Part shown: positions 1 through 7,850 of the stretch, one piece after another
How the letters are laid out: each line of letters begins with the position of its first letter
Position numbering within the stretch: the stretch's first letter is position 1
Virus record (IMG/VR): IMGVR_UViG_3300048574_000383
Coordinates: 1 to 37,654 of that record
Direction: 5' to 3' (one strand)
DNA: 37,654 nt
DNA from: a virus
Taxonomy: Duplodnaviria > Caudoviricetes
The notes under the pieces: generated by a model
Told to the model about the DNA's origin: nothing
Seen by the model: only the letters and a program-made list of their open reading frames with translations
The model's database searches: none
Translations under genes and position numbers: made by a program

Positions 1-252
1 TCAGACGCTCCAGACGGCCACGATCTGGAGCGCGACGCCGGCGATCCCCAGGACGAATCCAGTCATGCCGAAGCGGTCCGCTCGCCGCTCAAGCGCGGCT
101 TCGGCCTCGTCTTTCTCTTCCAACAGCAGATAGGTTTTGCCGCCCGTGCGGTTCTTGAAGGGCAGGCCGTAGCGGAACAGCAGGAACGCGCCGATGGCGC
201 TCAATGCAAGCCCGGCCGTCGCCAGGAGCTTGGCCAGGGTGGCGCCCGACAT
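1..252 (-). CDS. Small membrane protein with 2 TM segments
   Basis: Two hydrophobic stretches (LLATAGLALSAIGAFLLF; FGMTGFVLGIAGVALQIVAVW). It starts 4 nt after the integrase stop. Confidence 0.65.
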   Translation of the reverse strand: MSGATLAKLLATAGLALSAIGAFLLFRYGLPFKNRTGGKTYLLLEEKDEAEAALERRADRFGMTGFVLGIAGVALQIVAVWSV

Positions 253-256
253 CGCC

Positions 257-1438
257 TCAGGCTCCGCCGCCGGCGGCCGCGATCAGACCGCGCTTGCGCT
301 GCGCCGCCCAGGCGACCTGGTTGTCGCGGGGCAGGTACTTGCGCAGGATCTGCTCCACCGAAAACGGGCTGTGGCCGGTCACGGCGGCGATCTCCGGCAC
401 AGTGCAGGCGGCGCGGGCCTGCTGGACGACGCAGCTGTGGCGCAGGGTGCGGATCTGCAGGCGGCTGTCGAGGCCGGCGGCGTCGCGGATTGCGGCCCAG
501 ACGTGCCCAAGGCGCTGTTCGGCGAATGGCTTGCCAGTACGGCGGTCGACGAAGAGGTAAAGGCTGCCGTTGTCCTGGACGGCGTCCAGCAGGCCCCGCA
601 GAGCGTCGCTCACGGGGATCGTCACGTAGCTGCGGGTCTTGGACTGCCAGAAGCGGAACACGCCGTCCTGGGGCTGGTATTCGGCCCCGCGGCGGAACAG
701 GCGCGTATCTGTGAGGCGCTGGCCTATCTCCCATTCGGTCAGGAGCAAGGCGGCCAGGGGCGTCTGGTCCGCCATGATACACGCCCAAGCGCCAGCCATG
801 ACGTCATCGCGCTCCCAAAGGGTGAGGGTCGACTCCGGGGCGGCGATCTTGATGCGCTCCGCCGGGTTGTCGGCGCGCCAGCCGAGGGCGACGGCGTGGT
901 CCAGGAGCATCTTCAGGACGATCTTCAGATGCCGGCGGGTCGTCGGCCGATCATCGTACACTGCGAGGAACGCCTCGATCGCGGCGCGGTCCAGCGCCGC
1001 GACAGGCCGATGTCCGGCGAGGCGCGACCAGTCTTCGATCAGACCGGCGTGATAGGCGTAGCCCTGCTGGGTGCGTGGCCGCTTGGCCTTAAAGGCCTGT
1101 GAGGACTGCCAGGCGCGGTTGAGGCTCGGCATGTCGCGCCGCTGGCGGGCGGGCTCTTCCACGCCGGCGCGGGCGCGCAGCAGCTTTTCGTAGAGACGGG
1201 CGGCGTCGGCGCGGATCCTCGCGACTTCGCCCAGGTCGTTCAGGTCGCCGGTGCGATCACCGTCGAGCGGCAGCGGGATCGCCGCCAACCAGCCGGAGGG
1301 CCGCAGGCGCGCGGGCACCTCCATCAGCACCCTGAAGGTGCCGTCCTTGCGCGGGCGCAGGGTGACGTACTTTCCGAGATCGAAGGCCAGCGAGGGCATC
1401 GGCGTCGACTGTCCAGGCGTCGTTGGCGGGGCGCTCAT
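257..1438 (-). CDS. int: Tyrosine recombinase / phage integrase
   Basis: Catalytic motifs GQRLTD (R), QSKT (K), RTLRHS, TGHS and LRKYLP (Y). An alternative start lies at 1399. Confidence 0.92.
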   Translation of the reverse strand: MSAPPTTPGQSTPMPSLAFDLGKYVTLRPRKDGTFRVLMEVPARLRPSGWLAAIPLPLDGDRTGDLNDLGEVARIRADAARLYEKLLRARAGVEEPARQRRDMPSLNRAWQSSQAFKAKRPRTQQGYAYHAGLIEDWSRLAGHRPVAALDRAAIEAFLAVYDDRPTTRRHLKIVLKMLLDHAVALGWRADNPAERIKIAAPESTLTLWERDDVMAGAWACIMADQTPLAALLLTEWEIGQRLTDTRLFRRGAEYQPQDGVFRFWQSKTRSYVTIPVSDALRGLLDAVQDNGSLYLFVDRRTGKPFAEQRLGHVWAAIRDAAGLDSRLQIRTLRHSCVVQQARAACTVPEIAAVTGHSPFSVEQILRKYLPRDNQVAWAAQRKRGLIAAAGGGA

Positions 1439-1643
1439 CCTTCACCATCCCAAGGGCTTTGAGAACCGCATCGCGGTCGAAGAGCAGCCGCCTGCCAAGA
1501 CGCCCCGGCGCCGGCGGCAGCCAGTCCGGATCGTCACGGCGTTTGCGCCAGAGCGCGGTGACGCTGCAGGCAGCCAGCTCGCAGACCTCGCTGACCGTAA
1601 GCCGGGGCGGCAGGTTGTTATGGTCGAGAGGCGGACGGCGCAT
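1257..1643 (-). CDS. xis: Excisionase / AlpA-like HTH DNA-binding protein
   Basis: RLTVSEVCELAACSVTALWRKRR...GRRLLFDRDAV winged-HTH pattern directly upstream of int. The ATG at 1643 follows the upstream stop. Confidence 0.7.
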   Translation of the reverse strand: MRRPPLDHNNLPPRLTVSEVCELAACSVTALWRKRRDDPDWLPPAPGRLGRRLLFDRDAVLKALGMVKDERPANDAWTVDADALAGLRSRKVRHPAPAQGRHLQGADGGARAPAALRLVGGDPAAARR

Positions 1644-1645
1644 CC

Positions 1646-1936
1646 CTATGCGCTTCGGCTTAGGGCTTCGCGGGCCCACGCCTCAGGGTCGGCGACGCCT
1701 TCATCGCGCAGCATCTGGCGCAACTCGCCAAGGGTCCAGGAGTCGAACCGGAACACTGCAACGGCTCGATCCGACATCGCTCGGCAGAGCAGGCAGGTCT
1801 CGCCGCTGTGGAAGTCGCCGTACTCGTCGACGAACGCGAAAGAGCTGTATTGCTCCCCGATCGCGATCGAGCAGTTGCACTCTCCGCACCAACGCGGCCT
1901 ACGGCTGGTCTTCGTTCGCTGGCTGAAAAAGCTCAC
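1646..1936 (-). CDS. Hypothetical Cys-rich (CxxC...CxxC) phage protein
   Basis: GTG at 1936 overlaps the upstream TGA. Contains RWCGEC and TCLLC motifs. Confidence 0.7.
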   Translation of the reverse strand: MSFFSQRTKTSRRPRWCGECNCSIAIGEQYSSFAFVDEYGDFHSGETCLLCRAMSDRAVAVFRFDSWTLGELRQMLRDEGVADPEAWAREALSRSA

Positions 1937-2199
1937 GCCTGACCCCCCGGCTTGACGTTGCGAAACCGCTCCTCTGCCACGCGCTCGCGCAGGCGGTCGG
2001 CGAAGACCTCGATCACCGGCGCGTCGCCGCCGACCTTCACGCGCATAAGGAACAGGCCTACGACCAGGCTCTCGGCCGAGACCATCCATTCTTCTGGGCT
2101 CGCCCCCGCGTCGATCAGGATGCGGCCCATCGCCTTCAGCCCCTCGCGCGCCGCCTGATTGCAGAGCGCGCAGCTCGCGTCGTTGCCGCGGTCAGGCAT
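1933..2199 (-). CDS. Hypothetical phage protein
   Basis: Overlaps both neighbours in the leftward operon. Confidence 0.7.
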   Translation of the reverse strand: MPDRGNDASCALCNQAAREGLKAMGRILIDAGASPEEWMVSAESLVVGLFLMRVKVGGDAPVIEVFADRLRERVAEERFRNVKPGGQA

Positions 2200-2671
2200 G
2201 ATCGCCGTACCCCGGAATCCCGACGCGACCGCCGCGACCGTGCTGCCCGGCGTCCGTGTGCGCCGCGACGTCCAGCGGCGTGATCGCGTAGTCGGAGCCG
2301 TCCTCGCGGATCCGCACAGGGCTGCCGACGCGCCGGCTGACCTCGTTGAACTTGTCGATAGTGGCTCGACCTAGATCGACGCCGGCGCGAAAGGCCAGGA
2401 GATCGAGATAGGTGACGACGTCGGCGAACTCCTTGGCGAGCGCCTCTCGTGTCATCTCAAGGGTGAAGTCGCCGCGCTCGATCTTCTTGATGAGGTTGGC
2501 GGCTTCACCCAGCTCGCCCAGGACCGCGTTGCACCAGGCCGAGAGCGCCCAGTCCGAGCCGTCGGGCTCCGAATGCGCAGGGTCGCCCTGGGCGTTCTTG
2601 AAGGTCGGCAGTCGCCGCGTATTGGCCGCGCGCAGAGTGTTGAACGTGAGGCCGTCGGTCAGATACCCCAT
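2192..2671 (-). CDS. MazG-like nucleotide pyrophosphohydrolase
   Basis: GELGEAANLIKK...EFADVVTYL acidic motif of the MazG/NTP-PPase family. RBS GGAG upstream. Confidence 0.85.
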   Translation of the reverse strand: MGYLTDGLTFNTLRAANTRRLPTFKNAQGDPAHSEPDGSDWALSAWCNAVLGELGEAANLIKKIERGDFTLEMTREALAKEFADVVTYLDLLAFRAGVDLGRATIDKFNEVSRRVGSPVRIREDGSDYAITPLDVAAHTDAGQHGRGGRVGIPGYGDHA

Positions 2672-2680
2672 GGCGGGCTC

Positions 2681-2791
2681 CTAGGTGGCGCTGACGGCGA
2701 CGACGATCGCCGCCCAGAGCGCGAGGTTGAGAAGGACGAGCGCCGCTCGCTCCGGCGCGAGGCGCGGGCGAGGCGACGCGGGGTCAGGCAT
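2681..2791 (-). CDS. Small single-TM peptide (36 aa)
   Basis: Hand-translated MPDPASPRPRLAPERAALVLLNLALWAAIVVAVSAT. Its stop abuts the MazG RBS. Confidence 0.5.
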   Translation of the reverse strand: MPDPASPRPRLAPERAALVLLNLALWAAIVVAVSAT

Positions 2792-2824
2792 GGCCGGGAC
2801 GGGCCGGTCCGGTGGCGCGGCGCG

Positions 2825-2974
2825 TCACAGGCCGTCTCCCGCGATCTCGTCGAGGGTTCGGCGCTGGTGATCGGCGAGGGCGCCGATGATCGCCAGGACG
2901 GCGAACGCGACGGCGGCGACGCCAGCCAACAGGCCGGCGAAGAACGCCTGGATGACGGCGGCCGAGGCGATCAC
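2825..2974 (-). CDS. Small single-TM peptide (49 aa)
   Basis: Hand-translated MIASAAVIQAFFAGLLAGVAAVAFAVLAIIGALADHQRRTLDEIAGDGL. GTGA-coupled to the ParB-like stop. Confidence 0.6.
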   Translation of the reverse strand: MIASAAVIQAFFAGLLAGVAAVAFAVLAIIGALADHQRRTLDEIAGDGL

Positions 2975-4713
2975 GCCGCGCTCCGATGCGCGTTGATCGA
3001 ATACCCCGCGAAGGCGTTGACGGCGAAGGCGATCAGCTCGGCTTGGGCCAAGGCGAGATCGTCCGGCAGCTCGCCCGTCTGGTCGACGGTCGCGACCTGG
3101 ACATCGCCGGCGGTGATCAGGCCATAGTTGGTTTCGCCCAGGGCGCGGAACGGCCCGGCGAGCCCAGCCAACTCCAGCAGCTCACGAAAGACGAGAGCGC
3201 CCTGAGGACCGAAGCATCCGCTCGCCAGACCCTCGCGAACCTTGGCCAGCGTCTCGGCAGCCGCCTTGGCTTCGGCTTCGTCCTCGTCTTCCCCTTGATC
3301 GGCGATTGCGGCCGGCGGCTCCGTCAGGTGCGTCGGCGGGTCGTCGCCGTCGTCGAGAGCTGCGTGCAGCTGGCGAGAGAAGGCGTCGCCGGTAAGGCCG
3401 GGTCGCTCGGCGGGCTCAGTCGCGTCAGGGACGTTCAGCCAGGGCGTGACGTAGCGGCCGTGATGCTCCGCCGCCCAGGTCTTCTCCTCGCCTACGGCGG
3501 CCATACGAACCCGCTTCAGGATCGCGTCGCGGTCGCCATGGGCGGTATGCAGACCCTTGTCGATCAGCCAGTCGACGGAGACGTCAGAGGCTGTAGCGAT
3601 CGTCGGGTCGCCAGCTCGGGAGGCGAAACTGAATCCGACCGCGCCGACGAGAACTCCGGCCTCTGAGCGAAACTCGCACGCATCGCCGACAACGCAACTG
3701 GCCTGCCTGACGAGGTTGTTGTAGCCGGCCGGCTCGCGCCAGGCCTTGTCGACGGTCTCGACCAGCACCATCAGGGCCTTGGCCGACAGGCCTTCGCAGC
3801 CCAGGCGGATTCGCTCGCGGCGCTGCTGTTCGTAGGACTGCGCGGGCGCCGGGGCGATCTCTTCAATGTCTCTCTGTTCGGGCTCGGCGGGCGCCAGCGG
3901 CGGCTCGGGGGTCTTCGGCGTGCGGACCAGGCCGCGCAGCTCTTCCCAGGTCATGCGGCCTTCGTCGCACCAGCGGATCATCTGGGGCTCGGCCTCGCGC
4001 AGCACCTTCAGCATCTCCTGGACTGTGCGCGGATCGCGGCCGGTGCGCAGGGCGGCTTCGCGCGCGCTCCAGCCCTGGGCTTCGACCAGGCGGGCGTAGG
4101 CCCGGGCCTGTTCGATCATGGAGAGGTTCTGGCGCTGGCCGTTCTCGACCAAGGCGACGAAGTCGGTCTGGGTCTCGTCGTGCTCGCGTACGACGCAGGG
4201 GAGGCCGCGATCGGCGGACCAGTCGCCGCGTTCGATCAGGAGGCCGATGGCGCGCCAGCGGCGCTCGCCGGCGGCGATCGTGTGCACGCCCTCGGCGTCG
4301 GCTGGAAAGACGACCAGGTTCTGGAGCACGTCGCCCGCCGCCGAGATCGTGTCGGCGAGTCCGGCGAGGTCGCCGAGCGAGGCCTCGGTGCGCGGGTTCA
4401 GCGGGTTGGGGCGCAGGTGGTGGTGCGCGATACGCAGCAGCTCGCCCGCCGGCGCGTCGCCGGCGGCGCGATCCAGGGCGGCGAGCATCTGGACGCCGCT
4501 CTCTGTCAGGCTCGCGTCGAAGGGCGCGCCCTGCCGGTAGGCGATCAGGCCGGCGTCGGCCGCGGCGCGCAGGCTCTTGCGGAGGTTGGACTCGTCGCGC
4601 CCGAGCTGGCGGGCGAGGGCTGAGACGCTGGAGAAAACGCGGCCGGGAGCCTTCTCGGCGATCGTCCGCAGCAGGTCGGCGTTCTGGAAGGCGAGAGGGG
4701 TGAGCACGGTCAC
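2971..4713 (-). CDS. ParB/RepB/Spo0J-family protein with extra N-terminal HTH and long C-terminal extension
   Basis: LRPNPLNPR, VLQNLVV, IAAGERRWRA (CTP-binding GxRR), LVENGQRQNLS. N-terminal SVSALARQLGRDESNLRKSL HTH. GTG at 4713 is coupled to the upstream stop. Confidence 0.88.
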   Translation of the reverse strand: MTVLTPLAFQNADLLRTIAEKAPGRVFSSVSALARQLGRDESNLRKSLRAAADAGLIAYRQGAPFDASLTESGVQMLAALDRAAGDAPAGELLRIAHHHLRPNPLNPRTEASLGDLAGLADTISAAGDVLQNLVVFPADAEGVHTIAAGERRWRAIGLLIERGDWSADRGLPCVVREHDETQTDFVALVENGQRQNLSMIEQARAYARLVEAQGWSAREAALRTGRDPRTVQEMLKVLREAEPQMIRWCDEGRMTWEELRGLVRTPKTPEPPLAPAEPEQRDIEEIAPAPAQSYEQQRRERIRLGCEGLSAKALMVLVETVDKAWREPAGYNNLVRQASCVVGDACEFRSEAGVLVGAVGFSFASRAGDPTIATASDVSVDWLIDKGLHTAHGDRDAILKRVRMAAVGEEKTWAAEHHGRYVTPWLNVPDATEPAERPGLTGDAFSRQLHAALDDGDDPPTHLTEPPAAIADQGEDEDEAEAKAAAETLAKVREGLASGCFGPQGALVFRELLELAGLAGPFRALGETNYGLITAGDVQVATVDQTGELPDDLALAQAELIAFAVNAFAGYSINAHRSAA

Positions 4714-5165
4714 GCGCAGGCTTCCACTTGCTGGGCGCCGGGCGTCCAGCCCAGGCGGATGAGGGCGTCGCGGCAGGCGGTCCATTCGGGGAGGGAGAGG
4801 CCCTCCCAGACCATGGCCAGGACGATCGGCTCGCCGGGCGCGCTGGACAGGAAGCCGGCGACCTCTGGCGGGGCCTGGCCGGTGACGCAGAGATCGCCGT
4901 TGGCCTCGAGGTGGGCCTCGACGTCCTGGGGCCGGCGGCCGAGCCGCTCGAGGAGGGCGCGGACGACCGGGCCGGGCTGGCGGGCGTAGAAGGTCTTCCA
5001 GCGCCGAGGATCGTGCATGCCGATCTTCTCGCAGCCGGGCGCGAAGCCAGTGAGATGCACGCCGATGTCGCGGCGGCGTTCGAGATCCGCATCGCTGGCG
5101 GCCCGCCCGTTCGGCGGCATGCGCGCGGCGCTCGCATGGGGATGGGCGAGGGCGGTCGCGGCCAT
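4710..5165 (-). CDS. Hypothetical phage protein
   Basis: ATG at 5165 lies 1 nt after the upstream stop, and its stop overlaps the ParB-like start. Confidence 0.65.
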   Translation of the reverse strand: MAATALAHPHASAARMPPNGRAASDADLERRRDIGVHLTGFAPGCEKIGMHDPRRWKTFYARQPGPVVRALLERLGRRPQDVEAHLEANGDLCVTGQAPPEVAGFLSSAPGEPIVLAMVWEGLSLPEWTACRDALIRLGWTPGAQQVEACA

Positions 5166-5166
5166 G

Positions 5167-5514
5167 TCAGGCGCGCCCCACGCCGGCGCGGGCGCGGCGC
5201 AGGTCTTCGAGCTGGTCGCCCGCCTGCTGCTCGGCGCCCAACGCCACCGCCCAAATGCGGGTGGCGCACTCCCAGAAGCCCGGCCAAGCGCGTTCGTCGC
5301 GGATGGCGCGGGCCAGGATGTGGGCGTCGGCGACGGGCAGGGCTTCGCGCCCGCCGTCGGGCATGGCGATCGCCACATAGGCGCGCACCTGGTCGCCGGT
5401 GCGGGTGACGATGGGAAAGCAGGCGACCGCCTCTACGGCGGCCGTCTCCAGCGCCAGGGCGATGGCGGCGATGCGGTCGGAGCCGTCGAGCGGAGTGTGA
5501 ACAGGCAGGGGCAT
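5167..5514 (-). CDS. Hypothetical phage protein, first gene of the leftward operon
   Basis: GAGG RBS upstream and operon position downstream of PL. Confidence 0.65.
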   Translation of the reverse strand: MPLPVHTPLDGSDRIAAIALALETAAVEAVACFPIVTRTGDQVRAYVAIAMPDGGREALPVADAHILARAIRDERAWPGFWECATRIWAVALGAEQQAGDQLEDLRRARAGVGRA

Positions 5515-5662
5515 GGGCGCGCCTCGTCAAAAGGGTTGCGCCCCGCGCCGACGGTTCGGCTTCCGCAAGGGCTTCAGCGTTGGCGAGGTCGCCGTTCAGC
5601 CTTGCGCCGGTGCGGGGCGTAGCGATCGGCAAGGGCCAATCGCTGCCCTACTGCAAATCCAG

Positions 5663-5704
5663 TTTGCATAAACTGTCAACGTCTAGCGTTGCAGAAAGTG
5701 CAAA
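5663..5704 (-). promoter_or_regulatory. PL/OL: two 17-bp operators with an embedded TTGACA -35 on the minus strand
   Basis: TTTGCA-TAAAC-TGTCAA (5663-5679) and GTTGCA-GAAAG-TGCAAA (5688-5704). Same motif as the OR sites. Confidence 0.8.
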
Positions 5705-5817
5705 ACTTGCCCTGCCGGTTTGCATCTGCATCGTCGCTGAGTTTCCACCTTCCCGCGAACCGAGTTGACTGATACTCGCTATGCGGCAAGCTCGGCCCAC
5801 AACTGGGAGGGCAACCG

Positions 5818-6462
5818 ATGAAGGCACTACTCGCGGCGCTGGCCGCGCTTCCGCTTGGCGCTTGCGCCTACAACGCCACGGTGACGGCCGCGCCGAACCT
5901 GGCGGTCTATTCCTCGTACGGCGACAAGCTCCCTGGGCGGTACCTGCTGCACGTCGACGGCTCTGCGTTCTCCAGCGTTGTCCGCCCGACAGGCCTGAAC
6001 TGCAGCGCGCACAACTTTCCCTTGGAGTTTCGCGACGCCTTCGAACGGTCCGTCGTCGGGACGTTCCAGCAGCTGGTCGAGGATGTTCAGGTCGTTGAGC
6101 GCCCCGTTCCCCAACCAGAGATCGCGGCGAGCGGCGCTGCTGGCATGATCGTCGTTCGCGGCGAGGGCGTGAGCGCGCGCCTGATCTTCATTCCAGGGTT
6201 CTGGACGTCGACTCCGGAAGCGACCGTAGAAATGACGGCGTCTCTCACGGTCGATACTCCGACCGGCCGTGTGCTCGGGACCACGACGGCCGGCGACGCG
6301 ACCTCGCAGATCGGGGCGGGCGGCGATTGCGGATCGGGCGCGATCTCGCTTGGCGCCGCCACGCAGGGCGCGATGAAGGAGTTGATGGGGGGCCTGGGAG
6401 AGCGAATGGCCAACTCGCCGCGCCTTCGCGACGCTGTTAAGGCCGCGCCTGCGGCTCAGTAG
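5818..6462 (+). CDS. Lipoprotein (immunity-region accessory gene)
   Basis: Signal peptide MKALLAALAALP followed by lipobox LGAC. GGGAGG RBS. Confidence 0.85.
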   Translation: MKALLAALAALPLGACAYNATVTAAPNLAVYSSYGDKLPGRYLLHVDGSAFSSVVRPTGLNCSAHNFPLEFRDAFERSVVGTFQQLVEDVQVVERPVPQPEIAASGAAGMIVVRGEGVSARLIFIPGFWTSTPEATVEMTASLTVDTPTGRVLGTTTAGDATSQIGAGGDCGSGAISLGAATQGAMKELMGGLGERMANSPRLRDAVKAAPAAQ

Positions 6463-6496
6463 ATCCGGAAACTAAGGTCGGCGCATCGGGCCGGTC

Positions 6497-7132
6497 TCAG
6501 CTGAATGTGGAGCCGACCACAGCGTGCACGGCTCTGACCTCTCTAAGCGGATAGGTCAGGGCCTTGCGCGGCTCGAGCTGGCTGAGGAACAGCGTCTGTT
6601 CGTCCAGGCTCTCGAAAATCTTCACAAGCGCTTCGCCGTTCTGCATCTCGACCAAGCACGGCTTTCCCTTCAGCGGCGGCTTGCCCCGAATTGCATAGCC
6701 AATGTCGCCGTGGCTGAGGCGCGGCGAGATGCTGTCGCCGAAGACGATAAAGGCGAACGCCTGGCGAGATCCGCGCTGAGCGGGATGGATCGGCACCACG
6801 CCGACGCGCTGGTCTTCGTTCAGCCTCAGCGTTGATCCTGCGGCGTTCGCATAGCCGAAGAGCGGCACGACGTCGGCCGACTCCGTAAGCTCGGGCGCCG
6901 CGTGAGGCGCCCCCACGGGCTGAGCGGAAAGCTCTCGCATCGCGTCCAGGACGTCGGCAGGGACGCGCGTCTTCCCGCTCGCCCACCGAGAGACCTTCGT
7001 GTTGTCGATGCGGTCGCTCAGGCGGCGCGCCAGATAGTCGGCCGCTTGAACCTGTGTATATCCCGACGCGCGAAGGAGTTCGGCGAATTCCCTGTTGGGG
7101 CCGGAAATCTGGGGCGTAGACGGCGTCTCCAT
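6497..7132 (-). CDS. cI: CI-like repressor (XRE HTH plus S24 peptidase)
   Basis: HTH TQVQAADYL...NTKVSRWASGK, Ala-Gly cleavage site (YANAAG), catalytic Ser (GDSISP) and Lys (ALVKIF). Start at 7132 inferred. Confidence 0.92.
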   Translation of the reverse strand: METPSTPQISGPNREFAELLRASGYTQVQAADYLARRLSDRIDNTKVSRWASGKTRVPADVLDAMRELSAQPVGAPHAAPELTESADVVPLFGYANAAGSTLRLNEDQRVGVVPIHPAQRGSRQAFAFIVFGDSISPRLSHGDIGYAIRGKPPLKGKPCLVEMQNGEALVKIFESLDEQTLFLSQLEPRKALTYPLREVRAVHAVVGSTFS

Positions 7133-7142
7133 GCGCCTCGGT

Positions 7143-7217
7143 TTTGCATGTTTCGCAAATCGAGGCGATTGACGGTTTACGCAAATCGCAGCAGCCATGG
7201 TTTGCATAAAGTGCAAA
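7143..7217. promoter_or_regulatory. OR: three 17-bp operators between cI and cro; PR -35 TTGACG at 7169
   Basis: TTTGCA-TGTTT-CGCAAA (7143-7159), TTGACG-GTTTA-CGCAAA (7169-7185), TTTGCA-TAAAG-TGCAAA (7201-7217). Confidence 0.85.
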
Positions 7218-7233
7218 CTAGCGAAGCGATTCG

Positions 7234-7482
7234 ATGCGCGCGACTCAAAAGATGGATGCCCTGGGCATGAAGGCCCTTTTGGACCGGGTTCAGGCCGAGC
7301 GGCCGGGCACGGCCTTGGAGACGCTTTACCGCTGGCGGCAGGCGATCAACGACGGCCGGGGCATCCCTGACCGGAACAAAGCGACGCTGGTGAGAGCGAC
7401 CGCTGGGAGCGAGCACGCAATTGACCTTGCCGACTTCTACGAGGCGGCTAGCCCGGCGTCGGCAGAGGAAGCCCGGCCATGA
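7234..7482 (+). CDS. cro: Cro-like regulator
   Basis: Small gene divergent from cI with an ETLYRWRQ...GRGIP pattern. The start could be 7252. Confidence 0.7.
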   Translation: MRATQKMDALGMKALLDRVQAERPGTALETLYRWRQAINDGRGIPDRNKATLVRATAGSEHAIDLADFYEAASPASAEEARP

Positions 7483-7850
7483 GCGGGACTGGTGCAGACG
7501 CCGCGGTCGCCGCGTTTGCAGGCGAGCTTGAGCGGCTCAGCGAGCACGTCGCCCGGCTATCGGAACTTTCCGAGGCTGCGTTCGAGGGCGCTCATCTGAT
7601 CCCGGAATTCCTGCGCGTCGATCTTGAAGACGTGCGCGCAGCGGGGGCAGTGAAGCTGCGGATCCGACTTCAGCCGACCGAGCGTCTGGGACTGCTCGTG
7701 GCGGCACTTCGGGCAGGGAACGCCAACCTCGACCTGATCGTAGCTGAGCTTGGCCATCTGACCTGTCCTGTCGGCTCTCCCAGCGACAGCAGAGCACTTC
7801 CCGGCGAGTCGCGCGATGCGCGGCCCGTCGGGGAGGAGCCCAGGCCATGA
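7479..7850 (+). CDS. Hypothetical protein (ATGA-coupled at both ends)
   Basis: ATGA overlap with the cro stop and with the next gene's start. Confidence 0.55.
   Translation: MSGTGADAAVAAFAGELERLSEHVARLSELSEAAFEGAHLIPEFLRVDLEDVRAAGAVKLRIRLQPTERLGLLVAALRAGNANLDLIVAELGHLTCPVGSPSDSRALPGESRDARPVGEEPRP
7557..7757 (-). CDS. Small zinc-ribbon protein, antisense and nested
   Basis: CPKC-x18-CPRC followed by an amphipathic helix. Purine-rich AGGACAGG upstream of the ATG. Confidence 0.6.
   Translation of the reverse strand: MAKLSYDQVEVGVPCPKCRHEQSQTLGRLKSDPQLHCPRCAHVFKIDAQEFRDQMSALERSLGKFR

Noticed and set aside
3863-5632. 589-aa Arg/Pro-rich ORF
   Set aside because: Alternative-frame artefact over three better-supported coupled genes.
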